Shown one piece after another: positions 8,741-18,836 of a stretch of DNA of 64,000 nt. The DNA comes from an uncultured Rhodospirillaceae bacterium (lineage in GTDB: Bacteria > Pseudomonadota > Alphaproteobacteria > Rhodospirillales > UBA2165), in contig CAZNLR010000003.1 in NCBI GenBank assembly GCA_964574215.1, forward strand, positions 78,746-142,745, read 5' to 3'. Numbering within the stretch: position 1 is the first letter of the stretch; each line of letters opens with the position of its first letter. Made by a program: the position numbers and the translations under genes. The notes under the pieces were generated by a model that worked only from the letters and a program-made list of their open reading frames with translations, did no database searches and was not told the origin of the DNA.

Positions 8741-9577
8741 ATGGAATCGCCGATCGTAACCACCGACTGGATGGAAAGCCGCATCCTGGAACCCAGCGTC
8801 AAAGTCATCGAGGTCTCTGCGGAGCCCACCGACGACAGGTACCGGGAGGGGCATATTCCGGGCGCCATTTGGTATTTTTGGAAGAACCTCTGCTGGCACG
8901 ACACCGACCGGCAGTTTGTGACGCCGGAAAAACTGGCGGAACGCCTTGGCACGGTGGGCATCAGCGAAGAGGACACCTTGGTTCTTTGCGGCGATCCGGT
9001 GCAATACGGCACCTACGCCTTTTGGGCGCTGACCATGGCGGGCCATCCCGATATCCGCATCATCGACGGCGCCAAAGTTAAGTGGCTGGCGGAAGGCAGA
9101 CCCGTAACATCGGGGTCCAAAGAGGAAGAGGCGGTCGACTACGAAGTGCAAAGCAAGAACGAATGGATGCGCCTGGGCCGCGAAAATGTCCGGGAAAATC
9201 TGGGTAAGGAAGGACGCTTCCTGCTGGATGTCCGAAGCCCCGAAGAATATTCCGGTGAGCGCGTAATGGAACTGGGTAAGTTCGATCACGGCGCCGAACG
9301 GGGAGGTCGCATACCCGGCGCCAAGCATCTGTTCTTTAAGGAACTGCTCAACGACGACGACACGTTCAAAAGCCCGGAAGAACTTACCGCCGCCCTGAAT
9401 GGTGTCGGCGCCGATCCAGAGAAAGTGGACGAGATCGTCGCCTATTGCCGGCTCAGCCACCGGGCTACCCTGGCCTGGACCGCCATGACCTTTATTCTGG
9501 GCTGGGAGGACGTCAAAATCTACGACGGCTCCTGGACCGAATGGGGCAGCATCGTCGGCTTTCCGGTGGAAAGATAA
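8741..9577 (+). CDS. thiosulfate/3-mercaptopyruvate sulfurtransferase (tandem rhodanese domains)
   Basis: 278-aa ORF with two rhodanese-like halves. Active-site loop YCRLSHRATLAW, C-terminal YDGSWTEWG, N-terminal half EGHIPGA. Confidence 0.85.
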   Translation: MESPIVTTDWMESRILEPSVKVIEVSAEPTDDRYREGHIPGAIWYFWKNLCWHDTDRQFVTPEKLAERLGTVGISEEDTLVLCGDPVQYGTYAFWALTMAGHPDIRIIDGAKVKWLAEGRPVTSGSKEEEAVDYEVQSKNEWMRLGRENVRENLGKEGRFLLDVRSPEEYSGERVMELGKFDHGAERGGRIPGAKHLFFKELLNDDDTFKSPEELTAALNGVGADPEKVDEIVAYCRLSHRATLAWTAMTFILGWEDVKIYDGSWTEWGSIVGFPVER

Positions 9578-9583
9578 GGCGGC

Positions 9584-10333
9584 TTATTCGGACACCTGAT
9601 ACACGCTGAGCTCCAGCCCATTGCTGACGGAACCACTGGACCCGCCGGGGCAAGCCGAAACGGCGACCAAGCAGTCGATCTCGGCCACGAACTCCACATA
9701 GTCTCCCTTTTCCGAGACCGAGGGATGGTAATAGGGCCGTCCGTCCTCGTTCATGCCGGTAGTCATAAAAACGTTGAGGGGATCATGGACGTGGGTTTCC
9801 TGCAAGCCGTGCGGCGCGATCACCGCGGCCAGATTGTTCTGGCAATTGGGCAAGCTGGCGTCTCCGTGATTAACCTCGTAGTGGCGGGCATCGCAGCGGC
9901 AAAACAACAGATCGTGGGGTTTGACCCCTTCGGGAAACTCCCGGCCGGCTAAGGAGTCGGCGATAATGGTAAACATCGGCCTGGTGTAGGGCGGCACACT
10001 CCAGAGCCGGTCTCCCACCGACAGATGTCCGCCATGCATGACCCGGGTGCGCGCGGCCCAGAATTTTTCATTTCCGTCATCGGCGTTGAAGGCGATCATG
10101 TCGCAGACTTGTGGCCCTTCATGGCAGGTAATCCGCAACACCGATCCCGCTGGCACCGTGATGGCCCCGCCTTCACGGGCCGGAACTTCCACGGTATCGG
10201 TCTGCCCTAAATTTATCTTCCGGTCGGCAAGGTCGTGATACCTGGCGCGTTCATCCTGGTTTAAGGCGAGATTTTTGACGCCGCCCTTGCCGGCGACCGA
10301 AGGTGGCGGGTTCGTCTTTATGTGATCACTCAT
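9584..10333 (-). CDS. DUF1989 family protein (urea-carboxylase-associated protein-like)
   Basis: 249-aa ORF. The pattern VPAREGGAITVPAGSVLRITCHEGPQVCDMIAFNADD...RTRVMHG...LWS and the C-terminal DYVEFVAEIDCLVAVSACP resemble the DUF1989 cyclophilin-like family. The assignment is from memory of the family pattern. Confidence 0.6.
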   Translation of the reverse strand: MSDHIKTNPPPSVAGKGGVKNLALNQDERARYHDLADRKINLGQTDTVEVPAREGGAITVPAGSVLRITCHEGPQVCDMIAFNADDGNEKFWAARTRVMHGGHLSVGDRLWSVPPYTRPMFTIIADSLAGREFPEGVKPHDLLFCRCDARHYEVNHGDASLPNCQNNLAAVIAPHGLQETHVHDPLNVFMTTGMNEDGRPYYHPSVSEKGDYVEFVAEIDCLVAVSACPGGSSGSVSNGLELSVYQVSE

Positions 10334-10405
10334 TCTTAAACCTCCCCTTTATCGGCAAAGTTAGAGCGAATCGGATTGGCCGTCCAGCGGCGCAGTATTA
10401 AGCGT

Positions 10406-10708
10406 CTAGTCTTTCTTTTTCCGCTCAACCTTCTTGCGCTTGACCTTTTTGGGATCGGCCGTAATGGGGCGGTAGATTTCAACCCGGTCACCGTGATTGA
10501 GGACCGTATCCAATTTGGCCTCCCTACCGAAAACGCCTACTTTCTGAGCGTCCAAATTAATATCGGTAAATTCCTTGAGGATACCGGATTCATCAATGGC
10601 ATCCATCAAGGTCGCGCCAACAGGCAGCCGAATTTTGATCCAGAGCTGCTTGGCCAGCGTGGCGTGGGCAACGCCTACTGTGATCATGTCCCGCTGCTTG
10701 TCCGTCAT
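10406..10708 (-). CDS. rnfH: RnfH family ubiquitin-like protein
   Basis: 100-aa ORF directly after rnfE with an ATGA overlap. The pattern ITVGVAHA...LPVGATLMDAIDESGIL...VGVFGREAKLDTVLNHGDRVEIYRPITADPK is typical of RnfH/UPF0125. Confidence 0.8.
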   Translation of the reverse strand: MTDKQRDMITVGVAHATLAKQLWIKIRLPVGATLMDAIDESGILKEFTDINLDAQKVGVFGREAKLDTVLNHGDRVEIYRPITADPKKVKRKKVERKKKD

Positions 10709-11412
10709 GTGGCCTCGGGCTCCGGCTCCAAATCAAAGTCCTCTGTTGGTTCTACGGGACGTTCAACCGCTTTTTGCTCAATTCGCCCTTCGATAATCCG
10801 CCGGGCGGCCAACAGGAAACCCAACACCAGAAAACCGCCGGGGGGCAGGATCAACAGCAGGAATCCGTCATAGTTGGGGATAAGTTGCAATTCCATGACG
10901 GCAAATACATCTCCCAGCAATAGTGACGCATTGGCAAACAGGGTGCCACTGCCGATGATCTCCCGGCAGGCTCCTAAGATCACCAACCCGACCGTGAAAC
11001 CCAGCCCCATCATTAATCCGTCGAAGGCGGACCTCAAGGCGCTTTCGTTGGAGGCAAAGGCCTCCGCCCGGCCCAGAATGGCGCAGTTGGTGACGATCAG
11101 GGGAATAAACAGGCCCAGAACTTTGTAAAGTTCATGCAGCCAGGCGTTCATCGCCATATCCACCAGGGTCACTACTGCGGCGATGATCAGGACAAAGGCG
11201 GGAATGCGGATTTCCGGCGTAATGACGTTACGCAGCAAGGACACGGTCAGACCGGTAACGATCATTACCGCCGTGGTCGCCAGTCCCATGCCCAGCCCGT
11301 TGGTCGCCGTTCCGGTCACCGCCAGCAAGGGACAAAGAGCCAGCAACTGGGCAAAGACGATATTGTTGATCCAGAGGCCGTCCTTGGCGATATCCCGATA
11401 GGGCGTGCTCAT
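10705..11412 (-). CDS. rnfE: Rnf electron-transport complex subunit E
   Basis: The start was moved to the ATG at 11412 (MSTPYRDIAKDGLWINNIVFAQLLALCPLLAVT), which overlaps the rnfG stop (ATGA). Polytopic membrane protein paralogous to RnfA. The acidic C-terminal tail is atypical. Confidence 0.9.
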   Translation of the reverse strand: MSTPYRDIAKDGLWINNIVFAQLLALCPLLAVTGTATNGLGMGLATTAVMIVTGLTVSLLRNVITPEIRIPAFVLIIAAVVTLVDMAMNAWLHELYKVLGLFIPLIVTNCAILGRAEAFASNESALRSAFDGLMMGLGFTVGLVILGACREIIGSGTLFANASLLLGDVFAVMELQLIPNYDGFLLLILPPGGFLVLGFLLAARRIIEGRIEQKAVERPVEPTEDFDLEPEPEAT

Positions 11413-12065
11413 TTGTCCGCTTCCTCCTGATTGCCTGTACTTGTCACCGCCAGCATTTTTACCTTGTTCGCCTCGAAGAACTCCAGTCCTTCCTTGACCG
11501 CTCTGACCACGCTCCGGGGCGTGATGGTGGCGCCGGCGAATTGATCGAAGTGACCGCCGTCTTTCTTGACCGTCCACTTATCCGGCGTCGGAGATTTTAG
11601 GGACAATCCTTCGAAACCCAAAATCCAATCGTCTTTTTTGGGTTCTATCTTGTCGCCAAGTCCCGGCGTTTCCCCATGACTGAGAACCCTGACGCCGAGT
11701 AGATTGCCGTTCACCTCTATGCCCATGATCAATAATATTTCGCGCCCGTAACCCGGGCCTGAAACCTGATAGGCGACGGCGATAACCCGGCCGCGCCGCC
11801 GCGCCCGGTAGACGATGATCGGTTGGCCATCGCCAGCCGAAAGCTCTATACGATCAGCCAAAATGTCATTGTCGTATAGATTCTTGGGCACCACCTGACT
11901 GATGGAGGCCTTTAGATCTTCGGCCTGCCGGGCCAGAATAGCGTCCTTGGTGCTCAGATTACCCGCCGACAACAGAGCCGCGGCAACCAGGGCGAACGCG
12001 CCCAGCAGAATGGCTTGAAAAACCAGGTTTCTCTTGAGCTTACCGAAATTTGACGGTGAGTTCAT
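11409..12065 (-). CDS. rnfG: Rnf complex subunit G (FMN-binding)
   Basis: The start was moved to the ATG at 12065 (MNSPSNFGKLKRNLVFQAILLGAFALV). Single N-terminal TM helix and the flavinylation-type motif DQFAGATITPRS. Confidence 0.9.
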   Translation of the reverse strand: MNSPSNFGKLKRNLVFQAILLGAFALVAAALLSAGNLSTKDAILARQAEDLKASISQVVPKNLYDNDILADRIELSAGDGQPIIVYRARRRGRVIAVAYQVSGPGYGREILLIMGIEVNGNLLGVRVLSHGETPGLGDKIEPKKDDWILGFEGLSLKSPTPDKWTVKKDGGHFDQFAGATITPRSVVRAVKEGLEFFEANKVKMLAVTSTGNQEEADK

Positions 12066-13153
12066 TACCCCTCCCCGCCCGGCATGGGGTCGCCCTTTTT
12101 GGTGCGCCCGAAAATTCTCGGCTTCATATAGCGGTCGATCAAAGGCGTCATGGCATTCATCAGGAGGATTGAAAAGGCCATGCCCTCGGGATAACCGGCC
12201 CAGGTGCGGATGATGAACACCAGCGCGCCGCATCCCATGCCGAACAAAAGCTGGCCCCTTATGGTCGCGGGCGAAGTAACCAGGTCAGTGGCGATGAAGA
12301 ACGCCCCCAGCATGGTGGCGCCGGACAGAACATGAAACAGCGCATTGGGAAAACGGGACGGATCGGCGACGTTGAACACGGTCGCCAGTACAACCAAGGT
12401 GGCGATCAGGGCAACCGGGATATGCCAGCGGATCACGCCTTTCGCCAGCAGGAATATCCCACCCAAAAGGATCAAGGCAGTCGAGGTTTCCCCCATGCTG
12501 CCAGGAACATAGCCCATCAGCAACGCCCGAAAATCGGCGTGACCGGATAGCGCCTGGGGAACCGTCAGCCCCCGGCTCAGTTCGGTTTTGAGATGGCCCA
12601 GGATCGACGCACTGGAGACGGCGTCAAACGTGCCGAACCCAAAGGTAATCCCCAATCCTTCTATGAATCCGGGGGCGCCTGCGGTCATCAACGGAAGCGG
12701 CGCGACCATGGTAGTCATATGCAGGGGGAACGAAATCAACAAAGCGACCCGCGCCACCATGGCCGGGTTGAAAACGTTCTGGCCGAGTCCGCCGAAAATC
12801 TGTTTGCCAATAACGATGGCAATAAAACTGCCGAGTACGGCGATCCACCACGGCGCCCAGGGCGGCAGACTCATGGCCAACAGCCAGGCCGTCACCACTG
12901 CCGATCCGTCGGTCAAAAACATCCCGACCGGTTTTCGGGCGATCAACAGACTCATCGCCTCGAACAATAGGGCGGAAGCAATAGAGAGAACGAACATATT
13001 GATGGCGGGCCAACCGAACAGGTAGAGATTGTACGCCGTTGCCGGCAGTAAGGCCGCCATTACCAGCAGCATGGTGCGCTGAACGCTGTTCTGTTCGTGG
13101 GCGAAAGGACCGCCCGCGACGTTTTTAGGGGAGATGGAATCACTCATCCGCAT
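12065..13153 (-). CDS. rnfD: Rnf complex subunit D
   Basis: 362-aa polytopic membrane ORF with typical RnfD/NqrB blocks (NPAMVARVALLISFP, LSGATMLGAFFIATD, RTWAGYPEGMAFSILLMNA). The start could be M1 or M3. Confidence 0.9.
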   Translation of the reverse strand: MRMSDSISPKNVAGGPFAHEQNSVQRTMLLVMAALLPATAYNLYLFGWPAINMFVLSIASALLFEAMSLLIARKPVGMFLTDGSAVVTAWLLAMSLPPWAPWWIAVLGSFIAIVIGKQIFGGLGQNVFNPAMVARVALLISFPLHMTTMVAPLPLMTAGAPGFIEGLGITFGFGTFDAVSSASILGHLKTELSRGLTVPQALSGHADFRALLMGYVPGSMGETSTALILLGGIFLLAKGVIRWHIPVALIATLVVLATVFNVADPSRFPNALFHVLSGATMLGAFFIATDLVTSPATIRGQLLFGMGCGALVFIIRTWAGYPEGMAFSILLMNAMTPLIDRYMKPRIFGRTKKGDPMPGGEG

Positions 13154-14624
13154 TCCCCTCTGCCGCAGCCGCTTCTTTTTCCAGGGCCTTGGCCGCCTGC
13201 TCGGCTTTCTTTTTGGCCAGTAAGGCCTTTTTTTCCGCTGCCTGTTTTTCCAGACGGATATTCCGCAGCCGGGTTAGTTTTTTAGTCAAATCCTGTTTGG
13301 TCTGTTTTTCCCGTAAGACACTCAAGCGGCCTTTGGCATAGTTGAAATATTGGACCAGAGGAATGTGGGACGGGCAGATATAGCTACAGGCACCGCAGCT
13401 GATGCAATCCATCAGACCGAGCGATGTCGCCTTATCCAATTCATCTTTTTTAATCCGCGCCGCCATTTCCAGGGGCAATAAACCGCTCGGGCAGACCTCG
13501 ACACAACTGGCGCACCGGATACAGGGCATGATATTCCGCCGCCTCGTTTCCGCCTTGGTCAGGGCGAGCACGCCGTTGGTTCCCTTCAGAATGGGCGCGC
13601 GAAAATTTTCCACCGGCTGGCCCATCATCGGCCCACCAACCAAAACGGTTTCAGGCTCTTCGGTAAGGCCACCGCAATGATCCAACAGATTTTTTACCCG
13701 CGTGCCGATGGGAGCGAGGATATTTTTCGGTTCTGCGACGGCGCCGCCGCTTACCGTAACCACCCGCGAGATTAAAGGGCGGCCATAGCGGACCGCTTCG
13801 TGAACGGCAAAGGACGTCGCCACATTGTGGACGACCACACCCACATCGGCAGTCAGTTTGCCCGCCGGGGTTTCTTCGCCGATTAGCGTCTGCACCAATT
13901 GTTTTTCGGCACCCATGGGGTACTGGGTAGGCACGGCAACCACGCTTACATTGTCGTATCGGTCGGTGATTTTTCGAATGGCCTTGATGGCGTCGGGCTT
14001 GTTGCGTTCGATGGCGATGATGATATCGGGGGTCTTGAGACCGAATGCCATGATGCGGGCGCCATCGACGACACCTTCGGCCTTTTCCTGCATCAGCCGA
14101 TCGTCGCAGGTCAGGTAAGGTTCGCATTCGGAACCGTTGATGACCAGCCGATCCAGCTTGTTGTCATCACCCAGATTGAGTTTGACGGCGGCGGGAAAAG
14201 TGGCGCCGCCCATACCAACGATACCGCAGGCGGCTGCCCGCTGGGAAATCTCTTCCGGTGCCGACTTGCTGGCGATCATGTGGGGCGCCAGATCGGCCCA
14301 GCGGTCGGCGCCGTCCGGTTCCATGGTGATGGTCTGCCAGGTCAGGCCGGAGGCATGGGGCGCCGGAAAACTGTGAATGCCCAGAACGGTACCCGAGGTC
14401 GGCGCATGCACCGGTGCGGAAATTCTGCCCTTAGCCCGCGCCACAATCTGGCCTTTCAGGACATTGTCGCCCCGCTCCACTTCCGGCTCGGCGTGGGCGC
14501 CGATATGCTGCTGCAATGGCAGATGCAGGCGGGCGGGCATAGGGATGGATTCAATGGGCCGGTCTTTGGAAAGTTTCTTCCGACCGTCCGGATGCACCCC
14601 GCCCCTGATTCCAAACAGTTTCAT
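13140..14624 (-). CDS. rnfC: Rnf complex subunit C (NADH-binding, 2x[4Fe-4S])
   Basis: The start was moved to the ATG at 14624 (MKLFGIRGGVHPDGRKK). Two ferredoxin Cys clusters (CIRCASCVEVCP and CISCGACSYICP). A K/A/E-rich C-terminal tail is present. Confidence 0.9.
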   Translation of the reverse strand: MKLFGIRGGVHPDGRKKLSKDRPIESIPMPARLHLPLQQHIGAHAEPEVERGDNVLKGQIVARAKGRISAPVHAPTSGTVLGIHSFPAPHASGLTWQTITMEPDGADRWADLAPHMIASKSAPEEISQRAAACGIVGMGGATFPAAVKLNLGDDNKLDRLVINGSECEPYLTCDDRLMQEKAEGVVDGARIMAFGLKTPDIIIAIERNKPDAIKAIRKITDRYDNVSVVAVPTQYPMGAEKQLVQTLIGEETPAGKLTADVGVVVHNVATSFAVHEAVRYGRPLISRVVTVSGGAVAEPKNILAPIGTRVKNLLDHCGGLTEEPETVLVGGPMMGQPVENFRAPILKGTNGVLALTKAETRRRNIMPCIRCASCVEVCPSGLLPLEMAARIKKDELDKATSLGLMDCISCGACSYICPSHIPLVQYFNYAKGRLSVLREKQTKQDLTKKLTRLRNIRLEKQAAEKKALLAKKKAEQAAKALEKEAAAAEGNADE

Positions 14625-14626
14625 TG

Positions 14627-15202
14627 TCAGGCCGCACTCTTGATTTCGGATGGGGCGTCGGATGGGGATGATGCGGGGGACAAACTCGGTTTCGGCCAGT
14701 GCCAGATCTGCACGGTGACTTCCTCGGGGCGCATTTCGATACACTCCGTCGGACAGATGTCGACACATTTGGTGCAGCCGGTACAGATTTCGCCATAAAC
14801 GGCGTGGATCTGCTTGGGGGCGCCGACAAAAGCGTCGGTGGGGCATTGCTGAAAGCAACGGGTGCAGCCGATGCATAGATCCTCGTTGACGAATGCGACC
14901 ATGGGAACGGATTCTTCAACGGCGCTGAGATCGACTTCGACGCCAAGCTTGCTCGCCAGTTCCGATGCCAGCGCCTTGCCGCCTGGCGGGCACAGGGTAA
15001 CGGCGGCTTGGCCGTCGGCCAGGGCTTCGGCGGCAGGCCGGCATCCGGCGAACCCGCATTGGCCGCACTGACTGCCGGGCAGGCGTTCTTCGATCTCCTC
15101 GATCAATGGGTTGCCGTCGACCTTGAGGTATTTAGCAGCGACACCCAAAAGCCCGCCAAGGACGAGACCCAAAACCGTCAATGTTGCGATTGATGACAGC
15201 AT
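14627..15202 (-). CDS. rnfB: Rnf complex subunit B (ferredoxin-like)
   Basis: The start was moved to the ATG at 15202 (MLSSIATLTVLGLVLGG), preceded by GGGGGGAG. Cys clusters CGQCGFAGCRP, CIGCTRCFQQCP and CTGCTKCVDICP. Confidence 0.9.
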   Translation of the reverse strand: MLSSIATLTVLGLVLGGLLGVAAKYLKVDGNPLIEEIEERLPGSQCGQCGFAGCRPAAEALADGQAAVTLCPPGGKALASELASKLGVEVDLSAVEESVPMVAFVNEDLCIGCTRCFQQCPTDAFVGAPKQIHAVYGEICTGCTKCVDICPTECIEMRPEEVTVQIWHWPKPSLSPASSPSDAPSEIKSAA

Positions 15203-15210
15203 CTCCCCCC

Positions 15211-15792
15211 CTACTTCACCGGCAGGCCCGAAAAGCCCATGAAGGCCAAAGACAACAGACCGGCGACGATGAAACCGATGGGGGCGCCTTCGAAAACGGC
15301 GGGAACATCGGCGAATGACAACCGTTCCCGAAGGCCGGCAAATATTACCATGACCAACGTAAAGCCGAGAGCCGAGCCGACGCCGAACAACAGGCTTTCG
15401 ATAAAGCCGCTTTTCTCCTGAATGTTCAGAAGCGCCACGCCAAGTACCGCGCAGTTGGTGGTTATCAAGGGAAGGAAAATACCCAGCACCTGATAAAGCA
15501 CCGGCGAGATTTTGCGCACCGCCATTTCGGTGAATTGAACCACCGCCGCTATGACCAGAATAAAAGTGAGAATCCGCAAAAAGCCGAGGTCGAAAGGCGC
15601 CAGAAGAACGTGTTCCAACAACCAACTGGACGCCGCCGAAAGGGTCAAGACGAAGGTCGTGGCGAAGCCCATGCCAACCGCCGTGTCGACTTTGTTGGAC
15701 ACACCCATGAACGGACACAGGCCAAGAAATTTGACCAGCACCACATTGTTCACAAGAGCGGTCCCGAGGACCAGAAGAACCAATTCCTGCAT
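15211..15792 (-). CDS. rnfA: Rnf complex subunit A
   Basis: 193-aa polytopic membrane ORF: [34 protein letters not shown]. Confidence 0.9.
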   Translation of the reverse strand: MQELVLLVLGTALVNNVVLVKFLGLCPFMGVSNKVDTAVGMGFATTFVLTLSAASSWLLEHVLLAPFDLGFLRILTFILVIAAVVQFTEMAVRKISPVLYQVLGIFLPLITTNCAVLGVALLNIQEKSGFIESLLFGVGSALGFTLVMVIFAGLRERLSFADVPAVFEGAPIGFIVAGLLSLAFMGFSGLPVK

Positions 15793-16064
15793 GTCGCCCT
15801 TTGACTGTTCAGGTTGTTGCGTTTCCTTTATTCAGTTTCATCTTCCGCTTAATCCTCGGGCGTTTTTTAAACGCCACTCATTATTAATAAGGAATTCGGT
15901 ACCAGAATACCAAATTAGCTAATAAAATGCAAATTTCACCCAATTTGCGGACTAAAATGACATTCTATTGTTCGTAATACAAACATTTTAAATATAAAGC
16001 AATTATTGGTTTATACCTAAACTATTATAATTTTGCAAGCGGCCTGTCTAAAAAGCAGGCGGGA

Positions 16065-17174
16065 CTACAAGGGAGGGCTGAGGACGAGCTTTTTGGGTCC
16101 GTCCTTAGCAAATTCGACCCGCGCTTTCATGGCCGGATTGACGTAGATTGTTCCTTGCTCATCGACCAGGAGAGCGAATTTAATTCTCATTTTCTTGGCA
16201 ATTCGATGCCAGGCAGCCGGACCTGCTACCGTGATGGCGGTCGCGGCGGCATCGGCCGTGGCGCCATTTTCATGGATGACGCTGGCGGAAACGATATGGC
16301 GGACCGGCATTCCGTCCCGGGGATCGATGATGTGGGCGTAGCGGACGCCTTCGTGTTCCCTGAACCGTTGGTAGTTGCCTGACGTATAAATATTCTCATC
16401 GTCCCGCAACCGCACCGAGGCGATGACACCCCAGTTGACCGGGTGCCGGATACCCACTTTCCAAGGCCGGTCTCCCGCACTGCCCCCGGCATTCCCCAGG
16501 GTATTCATATCACCGCCGGCGTTGACGATGGCATTCTCGACGCCGTTGCGCCGCAATATGTCCACCGCCCGGTCCAAGGCGACCCCCTTGGCGAAACCGC
16601 CGAAATCCAGGTGGACAACTGGATTGGTGCTATGGACCATTTCGCCTTCAATAACCACATTTTCCATGGATGGCTTTCTTATAGCCAGGGCCCGAATTTT
16701 TTCCAGGGGTGGTATGGCGCCCTTGGGCATTTCATCGGCATGAAATCCCCAGGCCCCTATCAACGATCCGATCCCCGCATTGAACAAGCCATCGCTCTGG
16801 ATATAAAGGGTCTTGGCCTGCCGGATCAACGGCAGCAAAAAAGGCGATACTTTGGTACTTTTTCCGGCGCTAAAAGCGGCGTTCAACCGGCTTAGTTCAC
16901 CCGGTTTCCAGGCATGCCAATCCTTGTGCATGCGCCGAAATTCCCTATCGACCGCTGAAACGGCCTGCCGCGCCTGATCCTCGTCCACCCCTTTGATGGT
17001 GAAATCGACCAGCGTGCCGAATACGTAAACGGTTTCCTTGTGCTCCTGATCGGCGTCGCTGCACCCGCCGGGCAAAAGGAGACCGGTGATCAATAGGGTG
17101 ATCAAAAGAGTGAAAGTGATCGGCTTTGGTCGGTTAGTCCAGTACACCGCAATCCTCGCCTCTGGAGGGTTCAT
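16065..17174 (-). CDS. apbE: ApbE-family FAD:protein FMN transferase (probable lipoprotein)
   Basis: The start was chosen at the ATG at 17174 (MNPPEARIAV...LLLPGGCSD, a lipobox-like sequence). ApbE blocks FGGFAKGVALDRAV, NAGGD, YTSGNYQRF and HIIDPRDG. Confidence 0.85.
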   Translation of the reverse strand: MNPPEARIAVYWTNRPKPITFTLLITLLITGLLLPGGCSDADQEHKETVYVFGTLVDFTIKGVDEDQARQAVSAVDREFRRMHKDWHAWKPGELSRLNAAFSAGKSTKVSPFLLPLIRQAKTLYIQSDGLFNAGIGSLIGAWGFHADEMPKGAIPPLEKIRALAIRKPSMENVVIEGEMVHSTNPVVHLDFGGFAKGVALDRAVDILRRNGVENAIVNAGGDMNTLGNAGGSAGDRPWKVGIRHPVNWGVIASVRLRDDENIYTSGNYQRFREHEGVRYAHIIDPRDGMPVRHIVSASVIHENGATADAAATAITVAGPAAWHRIAKKMRIKFALLVDEQGTIYVNPAMKARVEFAKDGPKKLVLSPPL

Positions 17175-17604
17175 CAGACGCCGGCCCCAAAACCGTCGGT
17201 GTCGATTGCGCGATGGGCAGGTTTGATCCCGCCAAACCGCGGGCTGCAAACAAACCCAAAATCAATCCAGCGGCGGCGGCTACCGCCACCCACCCGTCCG
17301 GCGCGCCAAGCGAAACCCCCAACGCCGCCGTCAAGATCATCACCGCCAGGGGAATCATGTAAATAATGGAAGCGGCCTTCAAAAGCGCCGATTGCGCAAT
17401 TCCAATTGTAAACCAATCGCCGACTTTCGCTTCAGGTATCGGCGGCGCTTCAAAACTCAGACTCTTATTGCTGAAGGCTTTCGACAAGGTGGAAACGCCG
17501 CAACTCTTGGCCGAAGCGCAGGATGAACAGGCCGACTGGCGCTCGGCGGATAAGACGACACCGCGATCCGTCACCTCGACCACTTGGGCGATGGTTTTAA
17601 CCAT
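17134..17604 (-). CDS. rseC: RseC/MucC-family (SoxR-reducing system) membrane protein
   Basis: The start was chosen at the ATG at 17604 (MVKTIAQVVEVTDRGVVLSAERQSACSSCASAKSCG). It has the Cys-rich N-terminal OB-like part and two C-terminal TM helices typical of RseC. It sits upstream of apbE/rnf. Confidence 0.7.
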   Translation of the reverse strand: MVKTIAQVVEVTDRGVVLSAERQSACSSCASAKSCGVSTLSKAFSNKSLSFEAPPIPEAKVGDWFTIGIAQSALLKAASIIYMIPLAVMILTAALGVSLGAPDGWVAVAAAAGLILGLFAARGLAGSNLPIAQSTPTVLGPASDEPSRGEDCGVLD

Positions 17605-17879
17605 GCTGTCTTCCAAAGAGGGATCGGGACCCGAACCGGGCGTAATTGTTTGCACCAGAATCTCCGCAATAATCATTGCGATGCAGTATAAACCGCCACC
17701 GCCGCCTCACGCTCACTATAGTAGCCGCTCCGTTATTTCAATGGCAAAATCTCTCGCAAAACGCGGCTTGCGCCATAGAAACTTCCCCTCTACCATCCCA
17801 AATTACGAGATGGGCTCGATGACGCGAACGGTATTATAGAGCCAAAGCCAGGCCGAAAACGGAAGGGCGAATAAGAACG

Positions 17880-18836
17880 ATGACCGCGACAACGCTGGAT
17901 ACGGAACACCTATCCAGGATCTGTGCCGAAACCGAACCGGCGGCAACTCCCCAAATTCTTTTGCAAGGTATCAACGACGCCGCAGTGGATCACGATTTTT
18001 CACTGACCTTCACGGAAAAGGGATGGTACCGGGTCGGCGGCATCGTGACTTCTGACGGTAAGCGCGTGGCCGAAAATCTCGAAGAGTGGGTTGAAAGCGA
18101 ATCGGGCGGCGACATTATGGATTTGGTCGCCCGCTATAGCGACAGCGGATACCGGACAACGGCAAAGGCCGGCAAAACCCACTACCTGTCTGCCGTCACC
18201 GGCGATCAGCCCCTCGATTTTATTCAGCTTGAAGTGGAAGAAGTGCAGGAAGTCATGGATCACGAACTGTTCGATCCGGACCGCATTCCCGACACCATAG
18301 AAGACATTGTCGATCCACTGGAAAGTAAAGAGGTTGAACCGACTCCCGTCGCTCCCCCGAAATACGAATTTAAGCAAGCGACCCACTTTACCGATATGGC
18401 TGAAGAGTTGACGTCCGAGTACAGCGGAGACCCGGCCTTCCGGCGGTTTATCGATGACTGGAGAGACAGCAGCGCGGGCGCCACTGTTCCTTTTCACAAA
18501 TGCTGGGTGGTCAACGTCCTGCCCATCCTCAAAGATGTGGGCGAGCACAAGTACGAAGTAAAACTGCTGTCCCCGCATGCCGATATCATTCACGCCTATG
18601 ATATGAGCGGTCTGGGCAGTTGGGGTACCTTGATCAAAATGCTCAAAAGCCTGGACCAGGAAGCCGGATTTCCCATGGCTTGGTACTTTCTGATGCTGAC
18701 CAAAAAATTCATGTCTTACGCCATGGTCAACTCGATTCGGGAAGAAATGAGTTGGTCCAAAACCGATTTCTCCTTTATTACCGATAATGATCGCGTAATA
18801 CTAGAAAAATGGATCGCTGATCCTTACATATTGTAG
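17880..18836 (+). CDS. hypothetical protein (acidic, no recognisable motif)
   Basis: 318-aa ORF in a clean intergenic context with no convincing competing ORF (the antisense ORF at 18000..18593 is low-complexity). I recognise no family. Confidence 0.5.
   Translation: MTATTLDTEHLSRICAETEPAATPQILLQGINDAAVDHDFSLTFTEKGWYRVGGIVTSDGKRVAENLEEWVESESGGDIMDLVARYSDSGYRTTAKAGKTHYLSAVTGDQPLDFIQLEVEEVQEVMDHELFDPDRIPDTIEDIVDPLESKEVEPTPVAPPKYEFKQATHFTDMAEELTSEYSGDPAFRRFIDDWRDSSAGATVPFHKCWVVNVLPILKDVGEHKYEVKLLSPHADIIHAYDMSGLGSWGTLIKMLKSLDQEAGFPMAWYFLMLTKKFMSYAMVNSIREEMSWSKTDFSFITDNDRVILEKWIADPYIL

Noticed and set aside
10705-15718. N-terminal extensions of the tracked ORFs for rnfE, rnfG, rnfC and rnfB
   Set aside because: Each extension overlaps the 3' end of the preceding rnf gene in another frame and is R/H/G-rich. 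The conserved N-termini start at internal ATGs positioned for translational coupling: 11412, 12065, 14624 and 15202.
16034-16062. Possible terminator hairpin after apbE (GCCTG...CAGGC)
   Set aside because: The stem is only 4-6 bp with a mismatch, and no U-tract follows on the minus strand. Read-through into rnfA cannot be excluded.
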